IMG/VR virus record: IMGVR_UViG_3300033513_000281
Location: 1-45,093 of that record
DNA length: 45,093 bases
Reading direction: 5' to 3' (one strand)
Origin: a virus
Taxonomy: Duplodnaviria; Caudoviricetes
Shown here: in pieces, positions 1 through 8,314 of the stretch
Position numbering within the stretch: position 1 is the first letter of the stretch
Layout of the letters: each line of letters starts with the position of its first letter
Translations under genes and position numbers: made by a program
Notes under the pieces: model-generated
Seen by the model: only the letters and a program-made list of their open reading frames with translations
Told to the model about the DNA's origin: nothing
Database searches by the model: none

Positions 1-149
1 CCATGAAACGCCTGCGCGTTTTACATCTGGCGGACACCCACTTATACCTGTCCGGGCCTCGGGCCGAAGAGTGTAGGAGGGTTATCGACTGGATAGCCCT
101 CCATGCCGCTGAGACGCATCCGGACGCGATCGTCATCGCAGGCGACGCC
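1..149 (+). repeat. Terminal direct repeat, copy 1 (circular overlap)
   Basis: Identical to 44945-45093 except position 23 (A) vs 44967 (G), i.e. TTA/TTG Leu. Confidence 0.97.
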
Positions 150-1163
150 TCCGAGCGGAGGATGTCCCCGCAGGAACAGATTTATCTCGCGGAGTTCCTT
201 CATGCCCTTTCCGACGTCGCTCCGGTTTATCTCATCAACGGGAATCACGACGACCGCGACGATCTCCGGCTGTTCCGCAAGGAGTACGGCTGGACGATGC
301 CCGTGGAAGTCATCCTCGAGCCCAAGGTCACGGGCCCCGCCGGCATGCATCTGGCTTTCCTGCCCTGGCCGAACCTGGGGCACCTGGCGAAGTCGATCGC
401 CACGGACTCTATCGCGCTCCGGCGCGAGGCTGCGAAGGCCGCCCTCCTCGACGTCATCCGAGGATTCAAGCTGCAGCTCCCCGAGGGCACCCCGTCGCTC
501 ATCGTCGCCCACCTGTCCGTGACCGGGGCCTCGATGGATTCTGGGCAGCCCGTCAGCGGGGGAGAGGAGATCGCCCTCATGTCCGACGAGCTGCTCGAGA
601 GCGGCGCCGCCGGCGTCGCCCTGGGACATATTCATCTCCGCCAGCAAATGGTTTCCGGAGACGGCCGGCCCGTGTGGTACGCCGGAGCTCCGTTCCGGGG
701 CTCGTTCGGCGAAGCCAAGGGGACCAAGGGCGGGCTGATTTGGGAGTGGAACGGAAAGGGATGGAAGGTCATGCCCTGGGAGGTTCCGGCCAGGTCCATG
801 GTTTTGATCGAGCGGACCTGGCTCCCGGCCGAGGAAGGCGCGCTCGAGGCCGCTCCCGAGCCGCTCGCGGATCCCGAAACCGTCAAGGACGCCGATGTGC
901 GCGTCCGGATCACGTTCCCAGCCGACGCCCGCGCGGCCATGCGGACCGCGATGGAGCCGGCGATCGAAGCGCTCCGGGCTTCCGCGCACTCTGTCATCGT
1001 CGAAGAAAGAACGATCGTCATTTCCCGGACGCGCTGTGTCGAGATCACCGCGGCCCGGACCACGATCGAAAAGCTCCAGACCTGGGCCCAGGCCGTCGGC
1101 GCCGAGATCCCGGAAGGGATCGAATCGAAACTCCAGATCTTGGAGTCGGGGGTGATGTCATGA
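3..1163 (+). CDS. sbcD: SbcD/Mre11-like metallophosphoesterase nuclease subunit
   Basis: Motifs LADTH, AGD, GNHD, AH, GHIH. Stop overlaps (ATGA) the start of the SbcC-like ATPase. Confidence 0.9.
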   Translation: MKRLRVLHLADTHLYLSGPRAEECRRVIDWIALHAAETHPDAIVIAGDASERRMSPQEQIYLAEFLHALSDVAPVYLINGNHDDRDDLRLFRKEYGWTMPVEVILEPKVTGPAGMHLAFLPWPNLGHLAKSIATDSIALRREAAKAALLDVIRGFKLQLPEGTPSLIVAHLSVTGASMDSGQPVSGGEEIALMSDELLESGAAGVALGHIHLRQQMVSGDGRPVWYAGAPFRGSFGEAKGTKGGLIWEWNGKGWKVMPWEVPARSMVLIERTWLPAEEGALEAAPEPLADPETVKDADVRVRITFPADARAAMRTAMEPAIEALRASAHSVIVEERTIVISRTRCVEITAARTTIEKLQTWAQAVGAEIPEGIESKLQILESGVMS

Positions 1164-3376
1164 GGATCGACAAGATTTCTCTCTCAGGATTCACGACCTA
1201 TGGCCAAGCCGCGACGCTTGACCTGGCCGCGCTCGGCCCGGGCATCATCGCGATCGCCGGCCCGAACGGCAGCGGGAAGACGACGCTCCTCGAGGCCGTC
1301 CCCGGAGCGGTCTATCGGCAAACCCCGAGCCGCGGCTCGATCGCGGCGCTCGCGACGTCGAGGGACGCCAGTATAGAGCTCTGCGGGGAGAACGGCGCCC
1401 CGTTCCAGATTCGTCTTTCTGCCGACGCCCACAACGGCAAGCAAGAAGCGATCATCCTCGACGGCGCCGGCGAGCCCAAGGCCGGGCCCAAAGTGCGCGA
1501 CTTCGACGCATACGTCGCGGCGCATTTTCCACCCCTCGATGTTTACCTCGCCTCGTTCTTCGCCTCGCAGACAGGCGCCGGCTCCATCTTCAAGATGGAC
1601 CGAAGCGCCCGCCGGGCCCTGTTCGGCCGGCTGCTCGGGATCGAGCGGCTCGAGCTCATGGCCACGGCGGCCCGCGAAAACGCCCGGGCCAAGGAGACGG
1701 AGCTCGCGGCTTCGAAGGCGGCGCTTGAAGCGCTGCGGGGCCAGGCCGAAGACGTCGCCGCGCTCGAACGGCAGCTCGAGTACGCGCGCGCGAACGCCGA
1801 GACCGCGAAGTCCCTCCAGGAAGAGACTCAGGCGAAGCTCGACGAGGTTCGCAAGGTCCTCGAGGAGCGGCAGAGCGCCGTGGCTGAAGCCGAGAAAGGC
1901 CGGGCCAGATACGCCGATGCGAACCGTCGAGTAAACCTCGCCGCTGGCGAAATCACCCGCCTGGACTCTAGGCTAACGGCCTTGGAAACCCTCCTGGCCA
2001 AGGCCGATGAGATCCGGGGCATCGCGGCCAGGATCCAAGGGCTCACAGCCGAGCTCGAAAAGAACCGAGCTGCCGGCGAGCTCGCGGCGGCCGAGGACCG
2101 GCGCCTCCAGGACACGGCATCCGAGACCGAACGCCGGCTCGTTGAGACCAACCTGGCGTCACGCAAGGCCCGCCAGGATATCGACGAAGCCGAGCGGAAG
2201 CACAAGGAGGCCGCGGCTGCGATCGCCCACGCCGAGACCTGCACGGGTTCCGTACCGTGCGCGGGGACCCTGGACGACGCCGCCCGCGGCCGTTGCCCGG
2301 CACTGTCCGGGCATTTCAAGAACCGCGACCAGGCCGAGCTGGTCATCAAGTGGTACACCGAGCAGATCGCCGGCCTCACCGACAAGCGCACCGTCGCGCG
2401 GCGAGCGGAGGCCGACGCCGAAGCCGCGGCACAGGATTCGAAGCTTGCGGCAATAAATTCCCGAGCCGCGATCGACAAGCTCCGTTCCGAATATCGCCGA
2501 CTCTCCGACGAGCTCGCGAAACTCAAGGCGATGGACCGGACGGCCGAGCTCGACAAAGCCGAGGCCGAAGCCGCGGCGCTGCGGGATTCCCTCGTCACCG
2601 CTGGCAAAAACCTGGACGCAGCCAAGACCGAGGCCTCCAAGATCCAGGCTGAGATCCCCGTGGTTGATCACTTGGGCATCCAAACGGCCGAGAAGGAGAT
2701 CCGGGACCTCACCGCATCGATCGGCACGCTGCGGATAGGCCATGAGAACGATACCGCAGAAGCGGTCAGGATCGAGACACGCTTGAAAACGGCCGCCCAG
2801 GTCAAAGCTCGGACCGAGGAGCTGCTCGTCAAGATTTCGCCGGCCGAGCGCGAGATCTCGGATTGGAAATTCCTGGCTCGCGGGCTCGGCCGCGAGGGCG
2901 TCCAGGCTCTTGAGCTCGATGCTGCCGGGCCCCGCGTGAGCGACCTGGCCAATGAGCTGCTCACGGACGCTTACGGCCCACGATTCCAGGTCCGGTTCGA
3001 GACCCAGGCCGCAAAGGCCGACGGCAAAGGCGTCAAAGAGACATTCGATATCATCGTTGTCGACAACGAGCGAGGCCGGGAGGGGAACGGCGAGGATCTG
3101 AGCGGAGGGGAGAAGGTCATCGTCGGCGAGGCGCTGGGCCTGGCCGTCGGCCTCTTCCACGCCCAGGCCGCCGGCGCGACGCTCGGGACGGTGATCCGGG
3201 ACGAGACAGTCGGCGCCTTGGATCCGGACAACGCTCAGCGCTACCTTGCGATGCTCCGGGCTTTCGTGCGGGTCGGGCGAGTCGACCAACTCCTCTTTGT
3301 CGCGCACCAGCCGGCGCTGATCGATCTCGCCGACGCGGTCGTCAGGGTCGATAACGGGAGAATCGAAATCGCATGA
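1160..3376 (+). CDS. sbcC: SbcC/Rad50-like ABC-ATPase with coiled coil (738 aa from ATG 1160)
   Basis: Walker A GPNGSGKTT, long Ala/Glu coiled coil, central Cys cluster, signature LSGGEK, Walker B/D-loop VIRDETVGALD, H-loop FVAH. Start MRIDKISLSGF is coupled to the sbcD stop. Confidence 0.92.
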   Translation: MRIDKISLSGFTTYGQAATLDLAALGPGIIAIAGPNGSGKTTLLEAVPGAVYRQTPSRGSIAALATSRDASIELCGENGAPFQIRLSADAHNGKQEAIILDGAGEPKAGPKVRDFDAYVAAHFPPLDVYLASFFASQTGAGSIFKMDRSARRALFGRLLGIERLELMATAARENARAKETELAASKAALEALRGQAEDVAALERQLEYARANAETAKSLQEETQAKLDEVRKVLEERQSAVAEAEKGRARYADANRRVNLAAGEITRLDSRLTALETLLAKADEIRGIAARIQGLTAELEKNRAAGELAAAEDRRLQDTASETERRLVETNLASRKARQDIDEAERKHKEAAAAIAHAETCTGSVPCAGTLDDAARGRCPALSGHFKNRDQAELVIKWYTEQIAGLTDKRTVARRAEADAEAAAQDSKLAAINSRAAIDKLRSEYRRLSDELAKLKAMDRTAELDKAEAEAAALRDSLVTAGKNLDAAKTEASKIQAEIPVVDHLGIQTAEKEIRDLTASIGTLRIGHENDTAEAVRIETRLKTAAQVKARTEELLVKISPAEREISDWKFLARGLGREGVQALELDAAGPRVSDLANELLTDAYGPRFQVRFETQAAKADGKGVKETFDIIVVDNERGREGNGEDLSGGEKVIVGEALGLAVGLFHAQAAGATLGTVIRDETVGALDPDNAQRYLAMLRAFVRVGRVDQLLFVAHQPALIDLADAVVRVDNGRIEIA

Positions 3377-3386
3377 TCCCCAAATC

Positions 3387-3535
3387 AGCCGGCCGAAAAA
3401 AGCGCCTTCCCTGGGCGTCGGGATATTCCCCATATCCCCGGCCGGCTTTTCTTCAAGCAGTCAACAAGCGCCGGGAGTCCGTGCCGATGAGTTGCGGCGG
3501 ATGGGTCTTGCCCGGCCCATCCCTCCCGGCCTTTT
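3387..3535 (+). promoter_or_regulatory. Two tandem GC-rich three-way-junction/terminator-like RNA structures
   Basis: Outer stems 3387-95/3439-47 and 3470-77/3523-30, each enclosing two hairpins and followed by a T-run. Confidence 0.55.
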
Positions 3536-3559
3536 CCCCAATGAAAGGCAAGTGAAACC

Positions 3560-4237
3560 ATGCCGAGATCTAGGATGATAAAGCCCGAGTTTTGGGACGA
3601 CGAGAAGCTCGCGAGTGTCTCGCGAGACGCTCGGCTGACATTCGCTGGGCTCTGGACATACTCGGACGACTATGGGGTTGTCAAAGGAAACCGCATTTGG
3701 CTGAAAAGTAAGATCTTCCCCTATGACGAAGACATAACAATCGAGACGTTTTCCGCATGGATTGATTCATTGGAGGGGAAAGGATTTGTAATCCCATTTG
3801 AAGCCGACAGAGAAAAATACTTCTACATCAAGAATTTTCAGAAACATCAAACTGTTGATCATCCATCAAAGCAGAGGAACCCAGCCCCACCTAAAGACAT
3901 ACTCTCGCGAACCATTCGCGAGTCCTCGCGAAAGAATCGCGTTGAAACTGAAACTGAAACAGAAACAGAAACTGAAACTATAAAGGCCGAATTCGCTCAA
4001 TTTTGGGAAGCATACCCCGAAAAGAAAAAGAAACAAGATGCCCTAAAAGCTTTTGAAATACTCCGTCGTACCGAATCGCTAGAGAAAATCAGGCAAGCTC
4101 ACAACGGCTATATGGATTTTCTCAAGCATCAGCGGGTAAAGGAGAACTTCGAACAGCGGCCGATGTATGCCGCGACGTTTTTACGCAACGGCAGATGGCG
4201 GGACTATTTGGATTTCAAATATACCCCGCCAATGTAA
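3560..4237 (+). CDS. Phage replication initiator (replisome-organiser type)
   Basis: N-terminal MPRSRMIKPEFWDDEKL...ARLTFAGLW, (ET)6 linker, C-terminal FAQFWEAYP-K-K helix bundle typical of phage O-like initiators. Confidence 0.85.
   Translation: MPRSRMIKPEFWDDEKLASVSRDARLTFAGLWTYSDDYGVVKGNRIWLKSKIFPYDEDITIETFSAWIDSLEGKGFVIPFEADREKYFYIKNFQKHQTVDHPSKQRNPAPPKDILSRTIRESSRKNRVETETETETETETIKAEFAQFWEAYPEKKKKQDALKAFEILRRTESLEKIRQAHNGYMDFLKHQRVKENFEQRPMYAATFLRNGRWRDYLDFKYTPPM
3905..3979 (+). repeat. Putative replication origin: phased iterons plus A-rich hexamer array
   Basis: TCGCG(A) at 3905, 3916, 3926, 3937 (10-11 bp period), then six GAAAC(T/A) copies at 3944-3979, inside the initiator gene. 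Confidence 0.65.
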
Positions 4238-4249
4238 AAGGGAGGGATC

Positions 4250-4312
4250 ATGACCGGAAAACAATTGCTCACCATAGCCTTCGCGGTCCTGGCCGCGCTG
4301 GGGATGACATAA
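4250..4312 (+). CDS. 20-aa signal-peptide-like mini ORF (MTGKQLLTIAFAVLAALGMT)
   Basis: GGAGG RBS. Its TAA overlaps the ATG of the RlpA-like ORF (TAATG). Confidence 0.45.
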   Translation: MTGKQLLTIAFAVLAALGMT

Positions 4313-4605
4313 TGGAAAATATATCTCGGGGGACAAAGTGCTTCGGGGCTTATGCCACTAATAAAAACGGATATTATTTCGGTCGATTCCCAATCGGTAC
4401 GATAGTCCGCGTCACAAACCTTCAAAACGGTCTTTCGATTATCGTTCCCATAATTGACCGAGGCCCGTATATCGGCGAGAGAATCATTGACCTATCCGAA
4501 GCGGCTTTCGCAAAGATCGCGCCATTGGAACAGGGGATTATCCCGGTGCAGATAGAAATACTGAGCGCAACCCCCGGCATCGGCAAGCCGGGGAAGGGGG
4601 AGTGA
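4312..4605 (+). CDS. RlpA-like (double-psi beta-barrel) lytic transglycosylase domain, N-terminally divergent or truncated
   Basis: PIGTIVRVTNLQNG...IDRGPY...RIIDLSEAAF...G-I-V matches the RlpA C-terminal consensus. The usual ASWYG/TAAH segment is absent. Confidence 0.75.
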   Translation: MENISRGTKCFGAYATNKNGYYFGRFPIGTIVRVTNLQNGLSIIVPIIDRGPYIGERIIDLSEAAFAKIAPLEQGIIPVQIEILSATPGIGKPGKGE

Positions 4606-4847
4606 TGATCGAAAGCAAGTATCTGGAATTTCACAAAATAGCATCGTTGACAAGGACGGAAATTTGGGCCGTCGATTCTCGGGCCTCGGGTTTTAATCTC
4701 GGTCTTATAAAATGGTTTTCTAAGTGGAGACAATATTGTTTTTTCCCAAATAGCCAAACAGTTTTTAATGTCGGTTGTATGAAGGATATTTCTTTGCAGA
4801 TTGAATGGCTCATGGGAATTCGAAGAAAAAAGGGAAAGGGGGAATAG
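4605..4847 (+). CDS. Hypothetical phage protein
   Basis: ORF with GGGGAG RBS, coupled to the upstream stop. Contains the motif IKWFSKWRQYCFFP. Confidence 0.7.
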   Translation: MIESKYLEFHKIASLTRTEIWAVDSRASGFNLGLIKWFSKWRQYCFFPNSQTVFNVGCMKDISLQIEWLMGIRRKKGKGE

Positions 4848-4848
4848 C

Positions 4849-5037
4849 ATGGGTAAGCGCTCAGGAATCGCGGCTTATTTGCCCTTTGTGTTTGCCGGAC
4901 TATTCCCGCCCGTGGTGCGGGTGGCGAACGTAGATTTCGAGACGGAGAAGGAGCGGATCATTTCCGCAGAAGAGGCCGACCGCAGGAACCGGGAGAAGTT
5001 TCCGTCCCGCAAAAAAAGACTTCGGACAAAGGAGTGA
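4849..5037 (+). CDS. Hypothetical protein
   Basis: ATG 2 nt after the previous stop, purine-rich RBS, packs into the operon. Confidence 0.6.
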   Translation: MGKRSGIAAYLPFVFAGLFPPVVRVANVDFETEKERIISAEEADRRNREKFPSRKKRLRTKE

Positions 5038-5807
5038 CCATGCCTGAACTGACGATAGCAGAACTGAGGGAATGGCTGGATGGGATGATTTGGAAAGTCA
5101 ATACGGGAGGTGTTCGGCTGACGAATGAAGACGCCGCCGCCCTAGCCGCCCTCCGCAAGATGCTGGACGCGCAGGACGTTAGATTGAGCTTGTCACGAAA
5201 GGCGGATGGCATATGGCTCATGTTAGACGGCGAAGGAAAGAACGGGATGCTATTTTGCGGGGATCCAAAAGGGGGGATCATAAACGATCTGATTGACCTA
5301 TCCATCGGGAACGTGGAGGACAAGCCGGAGCCATACGAAATAGGCCCGAACAAAATTATCGGCGAAGATGGAAACATCTACATACACGGCATAAGCGCGG
5401 GGCTGGACGCGCAGGGAGCGGACAACAAGGGCGGGATGCTCATCTGCCATGCTTGCGGGACGGCCCTTGGGATGATCGAGGGAACGGAATCAGAGGGTAG
5501 CGGCAAGGTTCCAGACGCGCAGGTTCCGGATGAGGAGCGGAAGGAATTGCTGGAATTTATAGACGACCTCATAAAGAGTCTCGGCTTACCAAAGCCAACA
5601 GGCAAGGCAAAACAACTTTATGACAAAATCTGCCTCATCCTCTCCGCGCCTCCCGCGCCGGTGGTGAGCATGGAGGAGATAGCCGGGTTAGCCAACACGA
5701 TATTCGTAATGTGCCATAGCTCGGGAGATTATCAGCCCATCGGTTTAATCGAAACGCTTGCCCATGCCTTCCGCTCCCACAGGATCGAGGTAAAGGAGAA
5801 GCCATGA
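5034..5807 (+). CDS. Modular hypothetical protein with repeated DAQ junctions and a CxxC segment
   Basis: 257-aa ORF, AAGGAG RBS (ATG 5040 probable), in-frame GACGCGCAGG repeats. Confidence 0.7.
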   Translation: MTMPELTIAELREWLDGMIWKVNTGGVRLTNEDAAALAALRKMLDAQDVRLSLSRKADGIWLMLDGEGKNGMLFCGDPKGGIINDLIDLSIGNVEDKPEPYEIGPNKIIGEDGNIYIHGISAGLDAQGADNKGGMLICHACGTALGMIEGTESEGSGKVPDAQVPDEERKELLEFIDDLIKSLGLPKPTGKAKQLYDKICLILSAPPAPVVSMEEIAGLANTIFVMCHSSGDYQPIGLIETLAHAFRSHRIEVKEKP

Positions 5808-6109
5808 AGCCGACGACGATAGAAATGCTGGAAGTTTTCCGTGACATGAAACACGCTTTATATGCACTAAGTAGTACGGTTAATTTGGATAAATACACCC
5901 CCGCCATAGACGAAATTTTCTCATTGATCTCCCGCTCCTCCGCCGTTGAAGCCCTGGCAGGCGCGGCGAGGCGGTTATGCCGCTCTGCTCATCCGTTTGA
6001 AAAGGCGGGCGAGGTCGTCATTGATTTTGATACTGCATTAGCCGAAACAGAAGCCGCCCTTGCCCTTTACAACGAGGCGGCAAAGGAGGCCCAGGATGAC
6101 CAAGATTGA
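5804..6109 (+). CDS. Hypothetical protein
   Basis: AAGGAG RBS, ATGA overlap with the upstream gene. Confidence 0.7.
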   Translation: MKPTTIEMLEVFRDMKHALYALSSTVNLDKYTPAIDEIFSLISRSSAVEALAGAARRLCRSAHPFEKAGEVVIDFDTALAETEAALALYNEAAKEAQDDQD

Positions 6110-6398
6110 AGCGCGGCGCTGGCTCCGCGCCGTAGAAAGCCTGATCGCCTATTATCAAGGCGAGAACAACGATTGGATAGGAGTTTGTCCTTTTTGTGAA
6201 ATCGTTGATAAATATTACTTCGATTGCCAGAACTGTCTGTGCCCACTTTTTGAGGGGATGCAGTGTGGGGATTATCTTGACGTAATAGAACGGGATACCC
6301 GTCCCCCTGAATGGTGCGCCATAGCCATCCCGCGTCTGCGGCGGTGGAAGCGAAGGCTGTTGAAGATCGCCGGAATTAGGAGGAGCCATGAAAAGTAA
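6096..6398 (+). CDS. Cys-rich hypothetical protein
   Basis: AAGGAGG RBS before ATG 6096. CPFC and CQNCLCP motifs. Confidence 0.7.
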   Translation: MTKIEARRWLRAVESLIAYYQGENNDWIGVCPFCEIVDKYYFDCQNCLCPLFEGMQCGDYLDVIERDTRPPEWCAIAIPRLRRWKRRLLKIAGIRRSHEK

Positions 6399-6552
6399 GC
6401 GGTGCGGGAACTGTAATAATTTTGAAAGGGCCTTGGGAACGATAGGGGACTGCATCATTCATCACGTAATCGTGCGCACCAATCAAACGTGCTGCTTCCC
6501 AAATGACTACAAGCCGCTAAAGGCAAAGGAGCGACGCCATGCCAAAGATTAG
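6388..6552 (+). CDS. Small Cys-rich protein (54 aa)
   Basis: AGGAGGAG RBS. MKSKRCGNC...GDC...TCC. Below the ORF-track length cutoff. Confidence 0.6.
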   Translation: MKSKRCGNCNNFERALGTIGDCIIHHVIVRTNQTCCFPNDYKPLKAKERRHAKD

Positions 6553-6727
6553 CGACAAGCCCGTCCTGTATGAATACACCTGGGGCAACAATGAAAAGAG
6601 GGAAGGCATGAAGGGCCGCAGGTGTGTCATCCTGAAACGGCTAAAAAGGAATAGTGCCTTGATCGAGTTTGTTGATGGCGGACAAAGGGAAGTCGTCAGC
6701 CGAAACGCGCTAAGGAGATTGGAATAG
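6539..6727 (+). CDS. Small hypothetical protein (possible SH3-like beta barrel)
   Basis: AAGGAG RBS, beta-rich 62-aa ORF. Confidence 0.65.
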   Translation: MPKISDKPVLYEYTWGNNEKREGMKGRRCVILKRLKRNSALIEFVDGGQREVVSRNALRRLE

Positions 6728-6759
6728 CCATGCTCCCCCGCGCAACGATAGGCAGATAG

Positions 6760-7116
6760 ATGAGAAAGCGTCTCCCTTCGGATATCGAAGAAGCGATTGT
6801 CGCCATTATTGAAACGATTCTACGTGAACACATCGGCAGGGAGAACGCTATTAAGGGAGCGCGGATACTCGAAATGCTCCGACGATACGAGCCAATACTG
6901 AGCGACCGGAAAATGCGTCAGCTAATCGAGGATCAACTGCCTTCTACCTGTTCATGCAACAAGGGATATTTCATAGCAAGGGACGACAAGGAAGCCCGGC
7001 CCGTCGTCAAATATTTAACCAGCTATATCATCGCGCTTTCAAAACGGCGGAGCGCAATCATAACGAAATACCCGGACGCGGGACAGATGAATTTTGACTT
7101 TAGGGGGCAACCATGA
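6760..7116 (+). CDS. Winged-helix DNA-binding protein
   Basis: HIGRENAI...SDRKMRQLIE...CS-NKGYFIA pattern seen in phage wHTH proteins. Confidence 0.65.
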   Translation: MRKRLPSDIEEAIVAIIETILREHIGRENAIKGARILEMLRRYEPILSDRKMRQLIEDQLPSTCSCNKGYFIARDDKEARPVVKYLTSYIIALSKRRSAIITKYPDAGQMNFDFRGQP

Positions 7117-7250
7117 ACCTCCTCCTCTCCTTTCTCCTTGGCCTAATCATCGCCTCATTCTACCGCCGCATACGACAGCACCTAAAGCGGCGAAGGGATG
7201 AGGAGAGGATTAGAAGGCACGTCAATCAGTATCGAGGAGCAATAGAATGA
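7113..7250 (+). CDS. Small single-TM membrane protein (45 aa)
   Basis: MNLLLSFLLGLIIASFYRR. ATGA overlaps at both ends. Confidence 0.6.
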   Translation: MNLLLSFLLGLIIASFYRRIRQHLKRRRDEERIRRHVNQYRGAIE

Positions 7251-7432
7251 GCGAAAAGGAACTGGCGGACATTATCGCGCAGTACTTCAAGCAATTCAGT
7301 TGCAGAATAGGTTGGGACGACAGCCCAACTAGTCAATACGATGTTGTCCGCAAGGTGGGGGCGGAAACTTACTTTATTGGGAACTGCCTGACCCTAGCGC
7401 GGCGCATACTGAAAAAGATGAAGGGTGTTTGA
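7247..7432 (+). CDS. Hypothetical protein
   Basis: GAGGAG RBS, coupled to neighbours. Confidence 0.65.
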   Translation: MSEKELADIIAQYFKQFSCRIGWDDSPTSQYDVVRKVGAETYFIGNCLTLARRILKKMKGV

Positions 7433-7734
7433 TGAACAAAGTCGCCAAGGGCTACCGCGTCGAAAAGCGTTGCGCCGATGAATTGAAGGCGCTCGGATAT
7501 ATAACCTGGAAAACTATCAGGGTCGCTTACTGCAAATTGGACCTCTTTGGCTTGTTCGATGTAGTCGGTCTTCACCCTCAAGGGGAACACCTGCTATTCA
7601 TCCAATGCAAGACGAACAGCATTGACAACACAATAAGGGATCAGATTCGCGCCCTCAAAATGCCCCTAGGTTGCCAGAAATGGATTTGGATCTGGAAGGA
7701 TAATCGAGGTTGGATCAAGGAATTTTACTCATAA
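7432..7734 (+). CDS. Hjc-like Holliday junction resolvase, PD-(D/E)xK fold
   Basis: KG-x2-E...L-x2-LGY...FDVV...LFIQCK pattern. Confidence 0.75.
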   Translation: MNKVAKGYRVEKRCADELKALGYITWKTIRVAYCKLDLFGLFDVVGLHPQGEHLLFIQCKTNSIDNTIRDQIRALKMPLGCQKWIWIWKDNRGWIKEFYS

Positions 7735-7773
7735 AAAATCTCCGGGCTCCGAGCTCGGGAAAGGAGACTAAAA

Positions 7774-8040
7774 ATGCAGTTCAATTTCGACCCGGCGGTT
7801 TTAGCCGCCATTCTCGGCCTCTTCGGAATCGGCCTGGTCTACGTCGTCACGCTGCTGAAAAATCTGCTCAAGCTCCAGAACAAGCCCGCCGTGCTGCTCG
7901 TGCTCATCGTGAGCGCGGCGGCAACGGCCGCGGTGCTTATCGCGACCGGCGCTTTCAGCTGGCTCGCCCTGCTCGTGTACACGGCGGCCGTGTTCGGCGA
8001 GATGACGGGCTGGTACAAGCTGACAAAAAGGACAACCTGA
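7774..8040 (+). CDS. Three-TM membrane protein, holin-like
   Basis: AAGGAG RBS, three hydrophobic helices, basic C-terminus. Confidence 0.6.
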   Translation: MQFNFDPAVLAAILGLFGIGLVYVVTLLKNLLKLQNKPAVLLVLIVSAAATAAVLIATGAFSWLALLVYTAAVFGEMTGWYKLTKRTT

Positions 8041-8050
8041 GAGGAAGGAA

Positions 8051-8086
8051 CCTGACCGGGGGCGTGCCCGCGGCGTCCCCGGCAGG
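8051..8086 (+). terminator. GC-rich hairpin after the membrane-protein gene (no U-tract)
   Basis: CCTG-A-CCGGGGGCG / CGTCCCCGG-CAGG inverted repeat. Confidence 0.35.
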
Positions 8087-8101
8087 CGGGAGAATAAGAA
8101 G

Positions 8102-8314
8102 ATGCCGGAAAATGATGAGCCGAAAGTAAGCATTGATTGTTTTCTCGGTGAAATCATGTCCATGACAGAACATCTCGGGGCTTGTTATTCATCCGTGAAA
8201 ATTCAAGATTTAACGATCCCTCAAAAATATTTTGTTTCCGGCGCTATCCAGAAAATAATCACTACTATTCTGCCGATCATCGAAGAATTGAAACAAGGCG
8301 GATATTTAAAATGA
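8102..8314 (+). CDS. Hypothetical protein
   Basis: GGGAG RBS, coupled to the next ORF. Confidence 0.6.
   Translation: MPENDEPKVSIDCFLGEIMSMTEHLGACYSSVKIQDLTIPQKYFVSGAIQKIITTILPIIEELKQGGYLK

Noticed and set aside
674-1159. 162-aa N-terminal extension of SbcC in the ORF track
   Set aside because: It overlaps sbcD out of frame and reads as Arg-rich shadow sequence. ATG 1160 overlaps the sbcD stop and gives a typical SbcC N-terminus.
2159-3433. Long minus-strand ORFs (also 42-989, 20173-21330, 22127-22930, 31573-32463)
   Set aside because: They are antisense shadows of GC-rich, codon-biased genes, with no recognisable motifs or RBS.
3483-3500. CCGATGAG resembling a hammerhead ribozyme core
   Set aside because: It is not CUGANGA, and there is no GAAA and stem arrangement to complete the core.
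3373-3555. 60-aa ORF between sbcC and the initiator
   Set aside because: It runs through the strongly paired stems and has no protein-like features. It is not fully excluded as a leader peptide because its start overlaps the sbcC stop.
5162-5523. Spaced repeats as a mini-CRISPR array
   Set aside because: The repeats are only 10-14 bp, the spacing is irregular (240 and 108 bp), they lie in frame within a CDS, and no cas genes are present.
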